A DNA stretch of 32,000 nucleotides from Halalkalibacterium halodurans (GCF_004376175.1 NZ_SNUY01000003.1:104397-136396), one strand, 5' to 3'. Positions 1 to 8,484 are shown, numbered from the stretch's first letter. Notes: generated by a model not told the origin, from the sequence alone. Numbers and translations: made by a program.

Positions 1-1
1 T

Positions 2-1090
2 TTTGTTATCAATGCAGCCGATTTGGCAGCTTCAGCCGAGGAGCTTGCAGGTGTCGTTTCCCATGTGAAACAGCAGTTGAAGGCCAATCATATGGAGTCA
101 CCACGCCTATTTTACGTCTCGAGCAAGCAGGCACTAGCCGCGAAAACGACAGGTGAGACATCCAATGAAGATGCGTCGTCGTTTCATCAATTTGAAACGA
201 TGTTTTATCAGCAGATGATCAATCAATTAAAAAGGATCAGCGCTCAGCGAATTGTTGAAGAAGCGGCTCTTTTTTGCGCCAAGCTAGGGGACACGCTTGC
301 CTTCCTTCAAAAGGAAGAAGGGGAGCGAAAAACGAGAAGACAAGAGGTTCAGCAAATAGTGGAAATGCTCCGTGATGAACTTTTAACTTTAGTACCAACA
401 CAATCGTTACGGGAAAGCGAGCAGGAAGTAGCGGAACTATTTCTTTATTTGCGGCAGCGACTACGCTATGTGTTAGCCGATGAGTTTTCTCAGTTTGTCA
501 ATGTTACGACCGTTACCGGAGCAAGCCGTAAGCAGCAAAAAGCAGCGCTAACATCGGCGATTCAAGCGTGGAAGCGAGAAGGGGAGCAATACGTTCGGCA
601 AGAGCTTGCAGCGACAACCGTCCGTTTGGAAACGGTCATACAAGGAAGAATGACCAAGTGGCAGGAGCAAATCATCTATGATTGGAAACGAAGCTTGCCC
701 CATTTGACCGTTGATGCCTATGAACAAGAAGTGAAGGTCATCGTCGATTCTGATGTCAAACTACTACTTGAGGTGACCAGTTATGAAGCGTTTTATCCGT
801 CTGCTCGAAGCTTTTTTGAAGAGGGAGGGTTGAAACGATTAAAAGAAACATTAGTAGATGACATGCTTGAAGTTGCAACAAAACAATTAAAGGAAGCGGA
901 ATGGGAATATTCGAATGCGATCGTTCAAGCGGTTCATCAGGCAAGTGAAGACGTGAAAAAACAGCTGGATGATGGGCTGAATCGGGAAATAACGAGAATC
1001 GACTCACTCATGAGCAGTGAAATAAAGCGCGAGATTACAGAACAACGAGATCAACTGCAAACGTTAATAGACGAGAGTGTGCATTTGTGA
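2..1090 (+). CDS. dynamin-family GTPase (DynA/YpbR-like), C-terminal part; the 5' end lies outside the window
   Basis: The reading frame is open from base 2 (FVINAADL... precedes the TTG the ORF track used as a start), so the gene is truncated by the window edge. FVINAADL resembles the NKxD-type G4 region of dynamin-like GTPases. It is followed by ~340 aa of long helical, charged sequence typical of the stalk/paddle. The family call is from memory, not from a search. Confidence 0.5.
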   Translation, partial: FVINAADLAASAEELAGVVSHVKQQLKANHMESPRLFYVSSKQALAAKTTGETSNEDASSFHQFETMFYQQMINQLKRISAQRIVEEAALFCAKLGDTLAFLQKEEGERKTRRQEVQQIVEMLRDELLTLVPTQSLRESEQEVAELFLYLRQRLRYVLADEFSQFVNVTTVTGASRKQQKAALTSAIQAWKREGEQYVRQELAATTVRLETVIQGRMTKWQEQIIYDWKRSLPHLTVDAYEQEVKVIVDSDVKLLLEVTSYEAFYPSARSFFEEGGLKRLKETLVDDMLEVATKQLKEAEWEYSNAIVQAVHQASEDVKKQLDDGLNREITRIDSLMSSEIKREITEQRDQLQTLIDESVHL

Positions 1091-1095
1091 CATTG

Positions 1096-1130
1096 AAAAA
1101 AACGGCTGCCATCCTGGCGAGCCGTTTTTT
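1096..1130. terminator. bidirectional intrinsic terminator between the convergent dynamin-like gene and ponA
   Basis: Stem AACGGCT (1101-1107) pairs with AGCCGTT (1120-1126). An A-run lies upstream and a T-run downstream, so it reads as hairpin plus U-tract on both strands. Confidence 0.7.
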
Positions 1131-1134
1131 CGCG

Positions 1135-3795
1135 CTATTCCGTTTCTCCGTCCTGTTGTTCATCGTTTGGAGGGTTCGTAGCAGGTGGATCTGTTTCATC
1201 ATCGTCATTGTCGTCATCATTGTCATTCGGTCGTCCGTCATTACCTGGACGGTTGTTATTTCCATTGCCATTGCCATTGCCGTTCCCGTTGTTGTTACCT
1301 TCATTTCCGTTGTTTTGATCATTTCCTTGATCAGGGTCCTCTTCTTCGTTGCCGTCCTGTTGCTCTTCCTCGTCAGGCTCTGTCATTTCTTCCTCATCTG
1401 GCTCTTCTTCTTCTCCGCTTGGAACGGTTACTTTGACTTCGGCAGAGTTGCTTGTCACATTAGAATCGCTATCAGAGACGGCAGTGACACGGAAACGATA
1501 GGTCGTGCCTGGGGTTACGTCATCAACGATAAATTGCATATCTTTGGTCGTGTCGATCGTGTTAAAGCCACCATCGCCAACGGCCATTTCTAAACGGAAG
1601 GATACCTCATCGAGCTTAGACGCATCATATTCCCAGCTACCGATAATTTGTCCTGTTGCTTCATTGTAGTTTGCTGTCAGGTTTGATGGTCCTGACAGAC
1701 GATCAAATTGTTCAGACACCCGGGTCGGTTCCGTTCCACGGACGAATAGCTCGTAAACAATTTCGCTTTGAGGCGTATGACTGCTCGGTAATAATCCCGT
1801 GCTTTTTTCAATGCCAATACGGACAACGGAGTTCGGCATTTCAAAGTCAGGGGTTTCTACTTTACTTGATACTTCTTCCATGACAGCTTTAAATATCTGC
1901 ATGGCGATCCGTTGTTCCTCTTGACTTAGTAAATAGTTTTCCTCACCGAACTCAGTGAATCCAGTCCAAACAGCAGCTGTATACCGTGTCGTATAGCCTG
2001 CAAACCAACGGTCTGGAACAGCTCCACTAGGGAGGCCATATTTTTGCTGGATCTCTCGATCAAAGTTCGTTGTCCCCGTCTTACCTGCGAGAGGAAGACC
2101 TGGAATACTTGCGACTGTACCTGTTCCTGATTCAACAGCTGTTTTCAACATGTCAGAGATCATATAGGCCGTATAATCGCTCATCGCCTGTGTTGATTCT
2201 GGCGTAGTGTCAATGACGCGGCCGTCAGGGAATTCAATTTTACGAACAGTGTGTGGTTCGATATATTTTCCTCCGTTACCAAACGCCGCATAAGCACCAG
2301 CCATATCAAGGGTCGATACGCCTGTGTTAAACCCGCCTAACCCATAGGATTCATGCATTGGCTTTTGATCGATTTCGACGCCGATGCTTTCAGCAAATTC
2401 TGCTGCGCGCTCAACGCCTACTTCCTGCAATGCTTTAATCGCAGGAACATTGCGTGATTCAGCGAGCGCCTGTCGCATCGTCATGTTTCCTTTATACGCG
2501 CCATCAAAGTTTTTAAATTCCACTCCATTACTGTACTGATGCGGTTCGTCTTTAATGATTCGACCAGTCGACCATTGTAAATACTCAATCACTGGCCCAT
2601 AGTCAAGAATCGGCTTAATTGTAGAACCTGGCTGACGTTTAATATCGGTTGCGTAGTTAAATCCACGTTGCACATTTGTATTTTCACGACCGCTACCGAT
2701 CGCTTTAATTTCACCTGTTTGTGTGTCCACGAGGGTAATACCCGCTTGGAAGTCTTCTTTGTTCGGATACGTTTGAATAAACTCATCGGTTTGCAAGACT
2801 TTTTCTACGTGTTGCTGCGCTTCTGTGTCGAGCGTAGTGTAGATTTTAAGACCTGCATTGTACAAATCGTTAACGCTGATGCCTTCCATTTCCTCGACTT
2901 CTTTATGCACTTGGTTATAAAAGGCTTCAAATGGATAAGATTCTCGCTCTTGAACGTTTAACTGTTCAGCAATCGGAATCGAACGAGCCGCTTCAGCTTC
3001 CTCTGCTGTAATTTTTCCTTGATCCTCCATCATCGAGATGACAAGGTTCCGACGGCTTTCTGCGTTTTCAGGGTTGACGACCGGGTCATAAAAGCTTGGC
3101 CGACGCGGAATCGCTGCAAGCAAAGCTGCATCAGCAAGGGAGAACGAGTCGTCTGTGATCGATTTCCCGAAATAATATTGAGACGCTTGCTCCACCCCGT
3201 ATACCCCTTGTCCGAGATAGATTTGATTTAAATACATCTCAAGAATTTGGTTTTTCGAATATTGTTGTTCGAGCTTAACCGCTAAATATTGTTCCTGAAT
3301 TTTACGTGTAAGTGATTTTTCGTTCGTTAAAAAAACGTTTTTGACGAGCTGCTGGGTGATCGTACTAGCCCCTTCAGCGCCAAAGCCGCTCGTAATGTTC
3401 GCAGCGATCGCTCCACCAATACGGCGAAGGTCAATCCCGAAGTGATCGCGGAATCGAACGTCCTCGACGGAGATGAATGCTTCCTCAAGCTCCTCTGGAA
3501 TGTCTTGATAGTTGACTAGGATTCGGCGCTCAGATGTGTCTAATTGGGAAACAAACTCATCTGATTGATCAAAAATTTGCGCTCCTTGTGGAAATTGAAG
3601 CTTTTCAGGATCAATTTCCGGCGATTGTGCGATGATGGCAAAGACGGTAATACCGCCTGCAAGCATGATCGCTCCAAAAAGAAGGATAAACGCAATAAAC
3701 AGCTTTTTCAATATTCCTCTTTTCGGCTTGCGGCGATCGTTCTTTTTCTTTTTCGCTTGTCGCCGCCCTTGTCTTGTATTTGCTTCATTTGACAT
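1135..3795 (-). CDS. ponA: class A penicillin-binding protein PBP1 (bifunctional glycosyltransferase/transpeptidase)
   Basis: 886 aa. It has an N-terminal basic segment plus TM anchor. The GT51 motifs are present (EDVRFRDHFGID, GASTITQQLVKN, RKIQE). The transpeptidase motifs are SxxK (STIK), SRN and KTGT. A beta-rich domain and a long low-complexity acidic/N/G tail follow. The SD is AGGAGAAAGGGAG. The gene sits 27 nt downstream of recU, as in the B. subtilis recU-ponA operon. Confidence 0.93.
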   Translation of the reverse strand: MSNEANTRQGRRQAKKKKNDRRKPKRGILKKLFIAFILLFGAIMLAGGITVFAIIAQSPEIDPEKLQFPQGAQIFDQSDEFVSQLDTSERRILVNYQDIPEELEEAFISVEDVRFRDHFGIDLRRIGGAIAANITSGFGAEGASTITQQLVKNVFLTNEKSLTRKIQEQYLAVKLEQQYSKNQILEMYLNQIYLGQGVYGVEQASQYYFGKSITDDSFSLADAALLAAIPRRPSFYDPVVNPENAESRRNLVISMMEDQGKITAEEAEAARSIPIAEQLNVQERESYPFEAFYNQVHKEVEEMEGISVNDLYNAGLKIYTTLDTEAQQHVEKVLQTDEFIQTYPNKEDFQAGITLVDTQTGEIKAIGSGRENTNVQRGFNYATDIKRQPGSTIKPILDYGPVIEYLQWSTGRIIKDEPHQYSNGVEFKNFDGAYKGNMTMRQALAESRNVPAIKALQEVGVERAAEFAESIGVEIDQKPMHESYGLGGFNTGVSTLDMAGAYAAFGNGGKYIEPHTVRKIEFPDGRVIDTTPESTQAMSDYTAYMISDMLKTAVESGTGTVASIPGLPLAGKTGTTNFDREIQQKYGLPSGAVPDRWFAGYTTRYTAAVWTGFTEFGEENYLLSQEEQRIAMQIFKAVMEEVSSKVETPDFEMPNSVVRIGIEKSTGLLPSSHTPQSEIVYELFVRGTEPTRVSEQFDRLSGPSNLTANYNEATGQIIGSWEYDASKLDEVSFRLEMAVGDGGFNTIDTTKDMQFIVDDVTPGTTYRFRVTAVSDSDSNVTSNSAEVKVTVPSGEEEEPDEEEMTEPDEEEQQDGNEEEDPDQGNDQNNGNEGNNNGNGNGNGNGNNNRPGNDGRPNDNDDDNDDDETDPPATNPPNDEQQDGETE
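1262..1293. repeat. hexanucleotide tandem repeat (CCATTG x3 perfect, then degenerate CCGTTC/CCGTTG) inside the ponA tail
   Basis: Read directly: ccattg ccattg ccattg ccgttc ccgttg. It encodes the (GN)n run of the PBP1 C-terminal tail on the minus strand. Confidence 0.8.
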
Positions 3796-3822
3796 GATTG
3801 ACTCTCCCTTTCTCCTAAAAAC

Positions 3823-4422
3823 TTATGAGAAGTACACTTGATCAACCACATGTAAATAATCAACACGTGGATGATATCCTATTTTAATTAAATGTCCGTA
3901 ACTGTCAATATAGGACTTTGGAATGGATTTCCGCTTCGTTTCTTTCGTTTCAAAAGCCTTTATAACATGGGACGCGTCGAGAAGATAGGTTTCATCAAAC
4001 GTTGTAAATCTTACGATAACAAAGCAGATCCCATCTTGGGCGAGCACTTTTTTCATATGTTCCATTTGATGCTCATGAAAGTTTTGAATCGGAAAGGATG
4101 TTTTATTCCGTGTTTCTTTCGCTTCGAAATCAAGATACTTTCCGCGGTATACACCGTTGTAATCCGTTGTTGACGGCTGTTTAAAGTAGGCTTCTTTGAT
4201 GACAGCCGCACTTCGCTTTGGATAATCGACGTTGACGATTTGAACAGGCGTCGGCTTTTTATGGATAACCGCTCGGCCATGGGTTAAATAGTAGCTGTTT
4301 GTTTCGTTAATGTCGGATTCGAGCGTCATGCCGCGATTGCTATAATCGATTTTTTTTCGTTTATGAGTCGAAGAAGCTTTAGCCGGCTGAAACGGTCTTC
4401 CGTTCGGATAACGAATCGTCAA
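3823..4422 (-). CDS. recU: Holliday junction resolvase RecU
   Basis: The sequence from [10 protein letters not shown] onward matches the B. subtilis RecU N-terminus (MIRYPNGK...). I set the start at TTG 4422, which has a GGTGAT/GAAAGG SD just upstream. The 30 extra N-terminal codons in the ORF track have no homologous counterpart. The gene lies directly upstream of ponA. Confidence 0.9.
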   Translation of the reverse strand: MTIRYPNGRPFQPAKASSTHKRKKIDYSNRGMTLESDINETNSYYLTHGRAVIHKKPTPVQIVNVDYPKRSAAVIKEAYFKQPSTTDYNGVYRGKYLDFEAKETRNKTSFPIQNFHEHQMEHMKKVLAQDGICFVIVRFTTFDETYLLDASHVIKAFETKETKRKSIPKSYIDSYGHLIKIGYHPRVDYLHVVDQVYFS

Positions 4423-4572
4423 AAGGATCACCAACCTTTCTGAAACAGCTTCATGCATGAAATGATGGCTATATGCACACACTAAGACCATCAATCTTAT
4501 ATATTCTATCACATTTAATCGGCAAATCTTGTCGATAATCTTGAAACTTTATGGCGAAAAAAGGAGAAGCCG

Positions 4573-5556
4573 ATGAATTCATGCTGCAAAGATTGGATCA
4601 TCCGTGTCATTCGCGAAGAAACGGAATACTTGAACGCTGATAATGTGAGCCGGACGATGGCTTATCAACGCTTTTTTCAAAAGTATCCTGAAATTCGCTG
4701 GGCGTTTTTAGCTAGTATGGTGTCGCGAAATGCTGGCTATCATATGACGGATTTAGAAAGCAAATGGTTTCAATTTCTTTTAAATCCGTTGATCCGAAAG
4801 CAATTATTTCTTACATACGAACGAGCCAACTGGGCGATTTTCCGCGATGCTTATCCGCAATTAATGATTTATGAATGGTCAAAACGGTGGGGGCAACCTT
4901 TTTTTCATTGGTTAAAAGAGTTTCAAGTGTCACCTTTCATGATGAAAGAGTGGAGACATTTTTGGCGACAAGGAAACATGGATCGTCTCTGTGCAGCGCT
5001 CATCATAAACGAACAAAATGTGATACAAAAACCGGTCATTGAAGAACCTTCGCTTAAGAAAGCGGTCTTTCGTCGTCTTCCCTTCTATTTACAGGAGCTT
5101 GGACACTTCGGACATGTCTTATTGCCAACGAAGGATGGGTCGTTATTCGGTCTTTATACTCGCCAATTTCAAAAGGTTGATGCGCGAATCTGGTTAGGGA
5201 AGAAGTTGGCGGGACTATTGTTTCATCCTGAAGTTTATTCAGGCGTTGCGGCCTTTGCTTTTTCAACGGAGCATACAGGGTCTCGCGGTGACTATTTACG
5301 CTACGGTTCATGGAATTCAGGCAATACGAGCCCACTTCTACGACTCACGTATCCAATCATCTCCCATCAATCGGCCACTTCAAGCAGATGGAATGCGACA
5401 GTGAAAGATCTCAATAAATGGATGGCGCCGATTGGGGTCACGAAACCTATTGACCATATGCCGTGGGTGAAGAAAAAACAGACCGAGCTGTTTCTTCTTT
5501 ATTCTGTTAAAAAGAAACTAAGGCATGTAATCCCTTATGAAACAAGCCCCCATTAA
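4573..5556 (+). CDS. YppC-like protein (DUF2515 family), function unknown
   Basis: 327 aa, with SD AAGGAG 6 nt upstream of the ATG. It is divergent from recU and followed by sspM, which is the B. subtilis recU / yppC / sspM arrangement. B. subtilis YppC is of similar size. The family name is from memory. Confidence 0.65.
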   Translation: MNSCCKDWIIRVIREETEYLNADNVSRTMAYQRFFQKYPEIRWAFLASMVSRNAGYHMTDLESKWFQFLLNPLIRKQLFLTYERANWAIFRDAYPQLMIYEWSKRWGQPFFHWLKEFQVSPFMMKEWRHFWRQGNMDRLCAALIINEQNVIQKPVIEEPSLKKAVFRRLPFYLQELGHFGHVLLPTKDGSLFGLYTRQFQKVDARIWLGKKLAGLLFHPEVYSGVAAFAFSTEHTGSRGDYLRYGSWNSGNTSPLLRLTYPIISHQSATSSRWNATVKDLNKWMAPIGVTKPIDHMPWVKKKQTELFLLYSVKKKLRHVIPYETSPH

Positions 5557-5588
5557 GCCTATCAGCTGGCTTAAAAAGGGGCTTGTTT
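5540..5588. terminator. bidirectional terminator shared by the yppC-like gene (+) and sspM (-)
   Basis: Outer stem AAACAAGCCCC (5540-5550) pairs with GGGGCTTGTTT (5578-5588). Inner stem TTAAGCC pairs with GGCTTAA. A T-run follows on the + strand. The structure overlaps the yppC stop codon and abuts the sspM stop. Confidence 0.55.
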
Positions 5589-5705
5589 TTACTCTGCTGG
5601 TCGATTTGGTCCTGTCAATTTTTTATCACCGTATCCGGGAGCTTGTTTGTTCTGTTGGGAATCCGGTGCTTTATCCTGACGTTGTCCTGTTTGGCGCTGA
5701 GCCAT
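5589..5705 (-). CDS. sspM: small acid-soluble spore protein M
   Basis: 38 codons: MAQRQTGQRQDKAPDSQQNKQAPGYGDKKLTGPNRPAE. The C-terminal DKKLxGPNRP motif matches B. subtilis SspM as I recall it (...DKKLGGPNRPST). A GGAGGTGAAGGAG SD lies directly upstream. A CATACTA element (sigma-G/F type -10) is at 5736-5742 on the minus strand. The gene has the same position relative to yppC as in B. subtilis. The ORF track shows it only as the tail of a spurious 162-aa ORF. Confidence 0.75.
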   Translation of the reverse strand: MAQRQTGQRQDKAPDSQQNKQAPGYGDKKLTGPNRPAE

Positions 5706-5915
5706 CTCCTTCACCTCCAGTCCTAAGGTTGGTGTTAGTATGAGCCTTTCTGACAAAAACAAACAAAGATGCGGAAAATCCTCAATTTCTTTACGTACAT
5801 TCGTCGATTCCCACTTTCTTTGCCGAATGATTACTAGTTTTGTCAACGAGACAGGGATCTGCCTGTTCATTAAGAATAAATTTAGCAACGAATTGTTTGT
5901 AGGAGGGATTTTTTT

Positions 5916-6440
5916 ATGGCAGTACAGTGGAAGACGAAAGAAGTTTCTGAACAGCTTGGGGTTAATCCAACGACAGTGCAACGATGGGTGAAGTTTTTCG
6001 GAATCCAATGTGAGACAAATGAACACGGACATTTGCTGTTTGAAAAAGAACATCTCACCGTGTTGAAAGCCATTCAAAACCAGCTTAAGTCAGGAAAAAA
6101 GATGAGAGATGTAGTGATTGAAGAGAATGAGCAGCTCATTCAAAAGCCTGAGACGCAACCGATGGTAGCCACGGAACAATACGAACAGCGGACGAAACAA
6201 TTCATGGAAAAAATAGCGGAGCTAGAAAAGCAGCTCTCACAGAAAGCGGACGATGTCGTGAGCTATCAAATTTTAAAACACCGAGCGGAAATCGATGAAA
6301 TGTTTAAAACGCTTCAATCACTTGAATTACGAATGGCAAAAGTGGAAGAGCAGCTAGAAAAACAGCAAGAAGAATTTCCATTGGCAGCTGGCGACGTCCC
6401 GAAGCGAAAACGTTCGTTCATGCGACTCTTTAGCTTTTAA
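5916..6440 (+). CDS. racA: RacA-like chromosome-anchoring protein (MerR-type HTH plus coiled coil)
   Basis: The N-terminus [46 protein letters not shown] closely parallels the RacA HTH ([30 protein letters not shown]...). The rest is a heptad-rich charged coiled coil. SD GGAGGG lies 9 nt upstream. Confidence 0.6.
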
Positions 6441-6499
6441 CGTTCGATTCTTCCTAGTTCCCGCAACCTTTGCTACAATATGAGATGGGGGTGGCAGGA

Positions 6500-6895
6500 A
6501 TGAATAGGGAAGATTTGGAGCAACTTGAAAAGCTAACAAGCCAACTTCGAAAACAAAATAATGAAGCTTATCATCACTATATCCATACGGTTCGAGGGGA
6601 TGAATCGTATGAGCCAGATTTTTATGGGCAAGTAAAGCCATTTGCCGATTCAGTAAAAGAAAAAAGTGATGAATGGAAGCCCCTCGCTCTTCGTTACGTG
6701 AAACAATATGAACCAGATTACGTCTACCCTTTACAGGTGGAAAATACAGTTGAAAATCTGGAGATCATTTCGGTTCAATCGTTCTTTCCGAAGACGGGAA
6801 AAAAACGATTTGTCGAAATGATTAAATCCATTGATTTCATACTAGAACAATTAGAAGAACAAGTTCGTGTCACGAGAAAGGGGAAGGCACATTGA
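6500..6895 (+). CDS. YppE-like protein (DUF1798 helical bundle), function unknown
   Basis: The PDFYGQVKPFAD...WKP motif block is typical of YppE as I recall it. I chose the start at ATG 6500 because SD GGGGGTGG ends 6 nt upstream. The ORF-track TTG at 6470 overlaps a TGCTACAAT extended -10 element. Confidence 0.65.
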   Translation: MNREDLEQLEKLTSQLRKQNNEAYHHYIHTVRGDESYEPDFYGQVKPFADSVKEKSDEWKPLALRYVKQYEPDYVYPLQVENTVENLEIISVQSFFPKTGKKRFVEMIKSIDFILEQLEEQVRVTRKGKAH

Positions 6896-7743
6896 AACAG
6901 TATACTGTATCACTAGACTGGTTATCGGAGCACCTTGAGGGGGTAAAGGTCGTCGATTGTCGCTTTTCCTTACAGGATTCTGCAGATGGTTTACGCCGTT
7001 ATCAGGACGGACATATACAAGGGGCGGTTTATTTTGACCTCGTGCACGATTTGTCAGGCACGGTCCAAGACCATGGTGGGAGACACCCTCTCCCAGAGGT
7101 GGATACGTTTTTAGAAAAAGTAGAGGCGGCAGGTATTGATCATGAGACGACAGTGGTTGCCTACGATGATGAGGGAGGACCATTCGCTTCACGCTTTTGG
7201 TGGCTGCTTCGCTATCTCGGCCACGAGAATGTCTATGTTTTAGATGGCTCGTTCTCCGAATGGCAAGCGGTGGGTTATCCCGTGGATCGAAATATCCCTA
7301 TGTATGCAAAAACAACGATGGATGTTAAAGTGAAGCCGGAGCGCCTCGCGACCTATACGTACGTAAAACAGAACCTGTCCGACCCAGCTGTTCATCTAAT
7401 TGATGCAAGAGAGCCTGCACGCTTTCTTGGAAAGGTGGAGCCGATTGATAAGAAGAAAGGCCACATACCGAACGCTAAAAATCGTTTTTGGCAGGACGGC
7501 TTGAACGGGAAGAAGCGAAAGAGCGCAAAGGAGCAGGCGGAGAGATTTGCTGATCTTCCGAAAGAGGATGAGGTCATTGTCTATTGCGGGTCAGGTGTAA
7601 CAGCTTGTCCGAATGTATTAACCCTTGAGGAGCTCGGGTATAAACGTGTACGCTTATACGTCGGTAGCTGGAGCGATTGGATTTCGCACGATGAAAGTGA
7701 AATTGCTACGGGTGAGGAAGGGGAAAGAACACGTGACAAGTGA
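6892..7743 (+). CDS. two-domain rhodanese sulfurtransferase (SseA / 3-mercaptopyruvate sulfurtransferase-like)
   Basis: 283 aa with tandem rhodanese domains and an active-site loop CGSGVTAC of the CG[ST]GVT type. The TTG start overlaps the yppE-like stop as TTGA (6892-6895), which suggests translational coupling. SD GAAAGGGGAAGG is upstream. Confidence 0.85.
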   Translation: MKQYTVSLDWLSEHLEGVKVVDCRFSLQDSADGLRRYQDGHIQGAVYFDLVHDLSGTVQDHGGRHPLPEVDTFLEKVEAAGIDHETTVVAYDDEGGPFASRFWWLLRYLGHENVYVLDGSFSEWQAVGYPVDRNIPMYAKTTMDVKVKPERLATYTYVKQNLSDPAVHLIDAREPARFLGKVEPIDKKKGHIPNAKNRFWQDGLNGKKRKSAKEQAERFADLPKEDEVIVYCGSGVTACPNVLTLEELGYKRVRLYVGSWSDWISHDESEIATGEEGERTRDK

Positions 7744-7763
7744 ACGGTCGCGTGTTCTTTTTT
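7726..7763 (+). terminator. intrinsic terminator of the rhodanese gene
   Basis: A 12-bp stem AGAACACGTGAC / GTCGCGTGTTCT (one G-U pair) with a 9-nt loop, followed by T5. It overlaps the TGA stop. Confidence 0.8.
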
Positions 7764-7808
7764 ACTTCTTTAATATAAGGATAAGAGAGATGCAATCGCT
7801 TCTGGCAT

Positions 7809-8420
7809 TTAAGAGGTGCGGTGCTCAATTTTGCGGTGGGGTAAGCACCAATTGTAGTGAACGGATAGCATTCGTAAGAAAACGACTAATATTATAAGAA
7901 AGCCGATCCCGATTGGTCCGGAAACGATGTTTAGTCCGATCGCCGCACCTGCGAGCATCGCCCAGCCAATGTAAATTTCTTTTGACAAAACGAGTGGCTT
8001 TCGGCGAGCAAGCATATCGCGAACAATTCCCCCACCAGCTCCCGTGAGAGCAGCAGCGACGATGACGGCACTTAATGGATGATCCATGCTCGTCGCAAAT
8101 AGTGCACCTTGAATCGCAAACGCTGCAAGGCCGATGGCGTCAAATAGCAGTCCGAACTTTAGCCAATGGTTAATCCATAAGTTCGGCAGGAAGAAGGCAA
8201 TCGTCATCACAATGAAGGCGATCGTAAATAACGTTCCTTGCTCCCAAAGAGCAGAGACAGGGACGCCGATCAACAAGTTGCGGATTGCACCTCCGCCAAA
8301 AGCGGTGACAAATCCTAAGATGTAGACACCCATTAGGTCAAAATCTTCTTCCATTGCGACGATGACACCGCTTAATGCAAACGCGATCGTCCCGATGACA
8401 TTTAACACGTCCCAAGCCAT
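7809..8420 (-). CDS. UPF0126 / TRIC-type (trimeric intracellular cation channel family) membrane protein
   Basis: 203 aa, about seven hydrophobic helices with an internal duplication. Glycine-rich motifs (GGGAIRN, GAGGGIVRD) are characteristic of the YadS/YvgT-type UPF0126 family. Confidence 0.8.
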   Translation of the reverse strand: MAWDVLNVIGTIAFALSGVIVAMEEDFDLMGVYILGFVTAFGGGAIRNLLIGVPVSALWEQGTLFTIAFIVMTIAFFLPNLWINHWLKFGLLFDAIGLAAFAIQGALFATSMDHPLSAVIVAAALTGAGGGIVRDMLARRKPLVLSKEIYIGWAMLAGAAIGLNIVSGPIGIGFLIILVVFLRMLSVHYNWCLPHRKIEHRTS

Positions 8421-8455
8421 ATGTTGTTCTCCTTTTCCGTGATTACAGCAAACAC

Positions 8456-8484
8456 ACTATACCATAGCTTCGTTGTTGAATGAA
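8456..8484 (-). promoter_or_regulatory. candidate sigma-A promoter for the UPF0126 gene
   Basis: On the minus strand: TTCATT - 17 nt - TATAGT, preceded by TGg (extended -10). It lies about 35 nt upstream of the start codon. Confidence 0.35.

Noticed and set aside
1087-1593. 168-aa plus-strand ORF (and the 1185-1436 and 1035-1322 ORFs) overlapping the 3' end of ponA
   Set aside because: These lie antisense or out of frame to the repetitive low-complexity PBP1 tail. Their products are runs of I/V/F or C/H generated by the codon periodicity of GAx/AAy repeats. There is no SD, and the stretch also spans the bidirectional terminator.
5706-6077. Upstream 124 codons of the 162-aa minus-strand ORF 5589-6077
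   Set aside because: Only the last 38 codons (sspM) have an SD and a recognisable product. The upstream part overlaps the racA-like gene start and promoter region and has no coding features.
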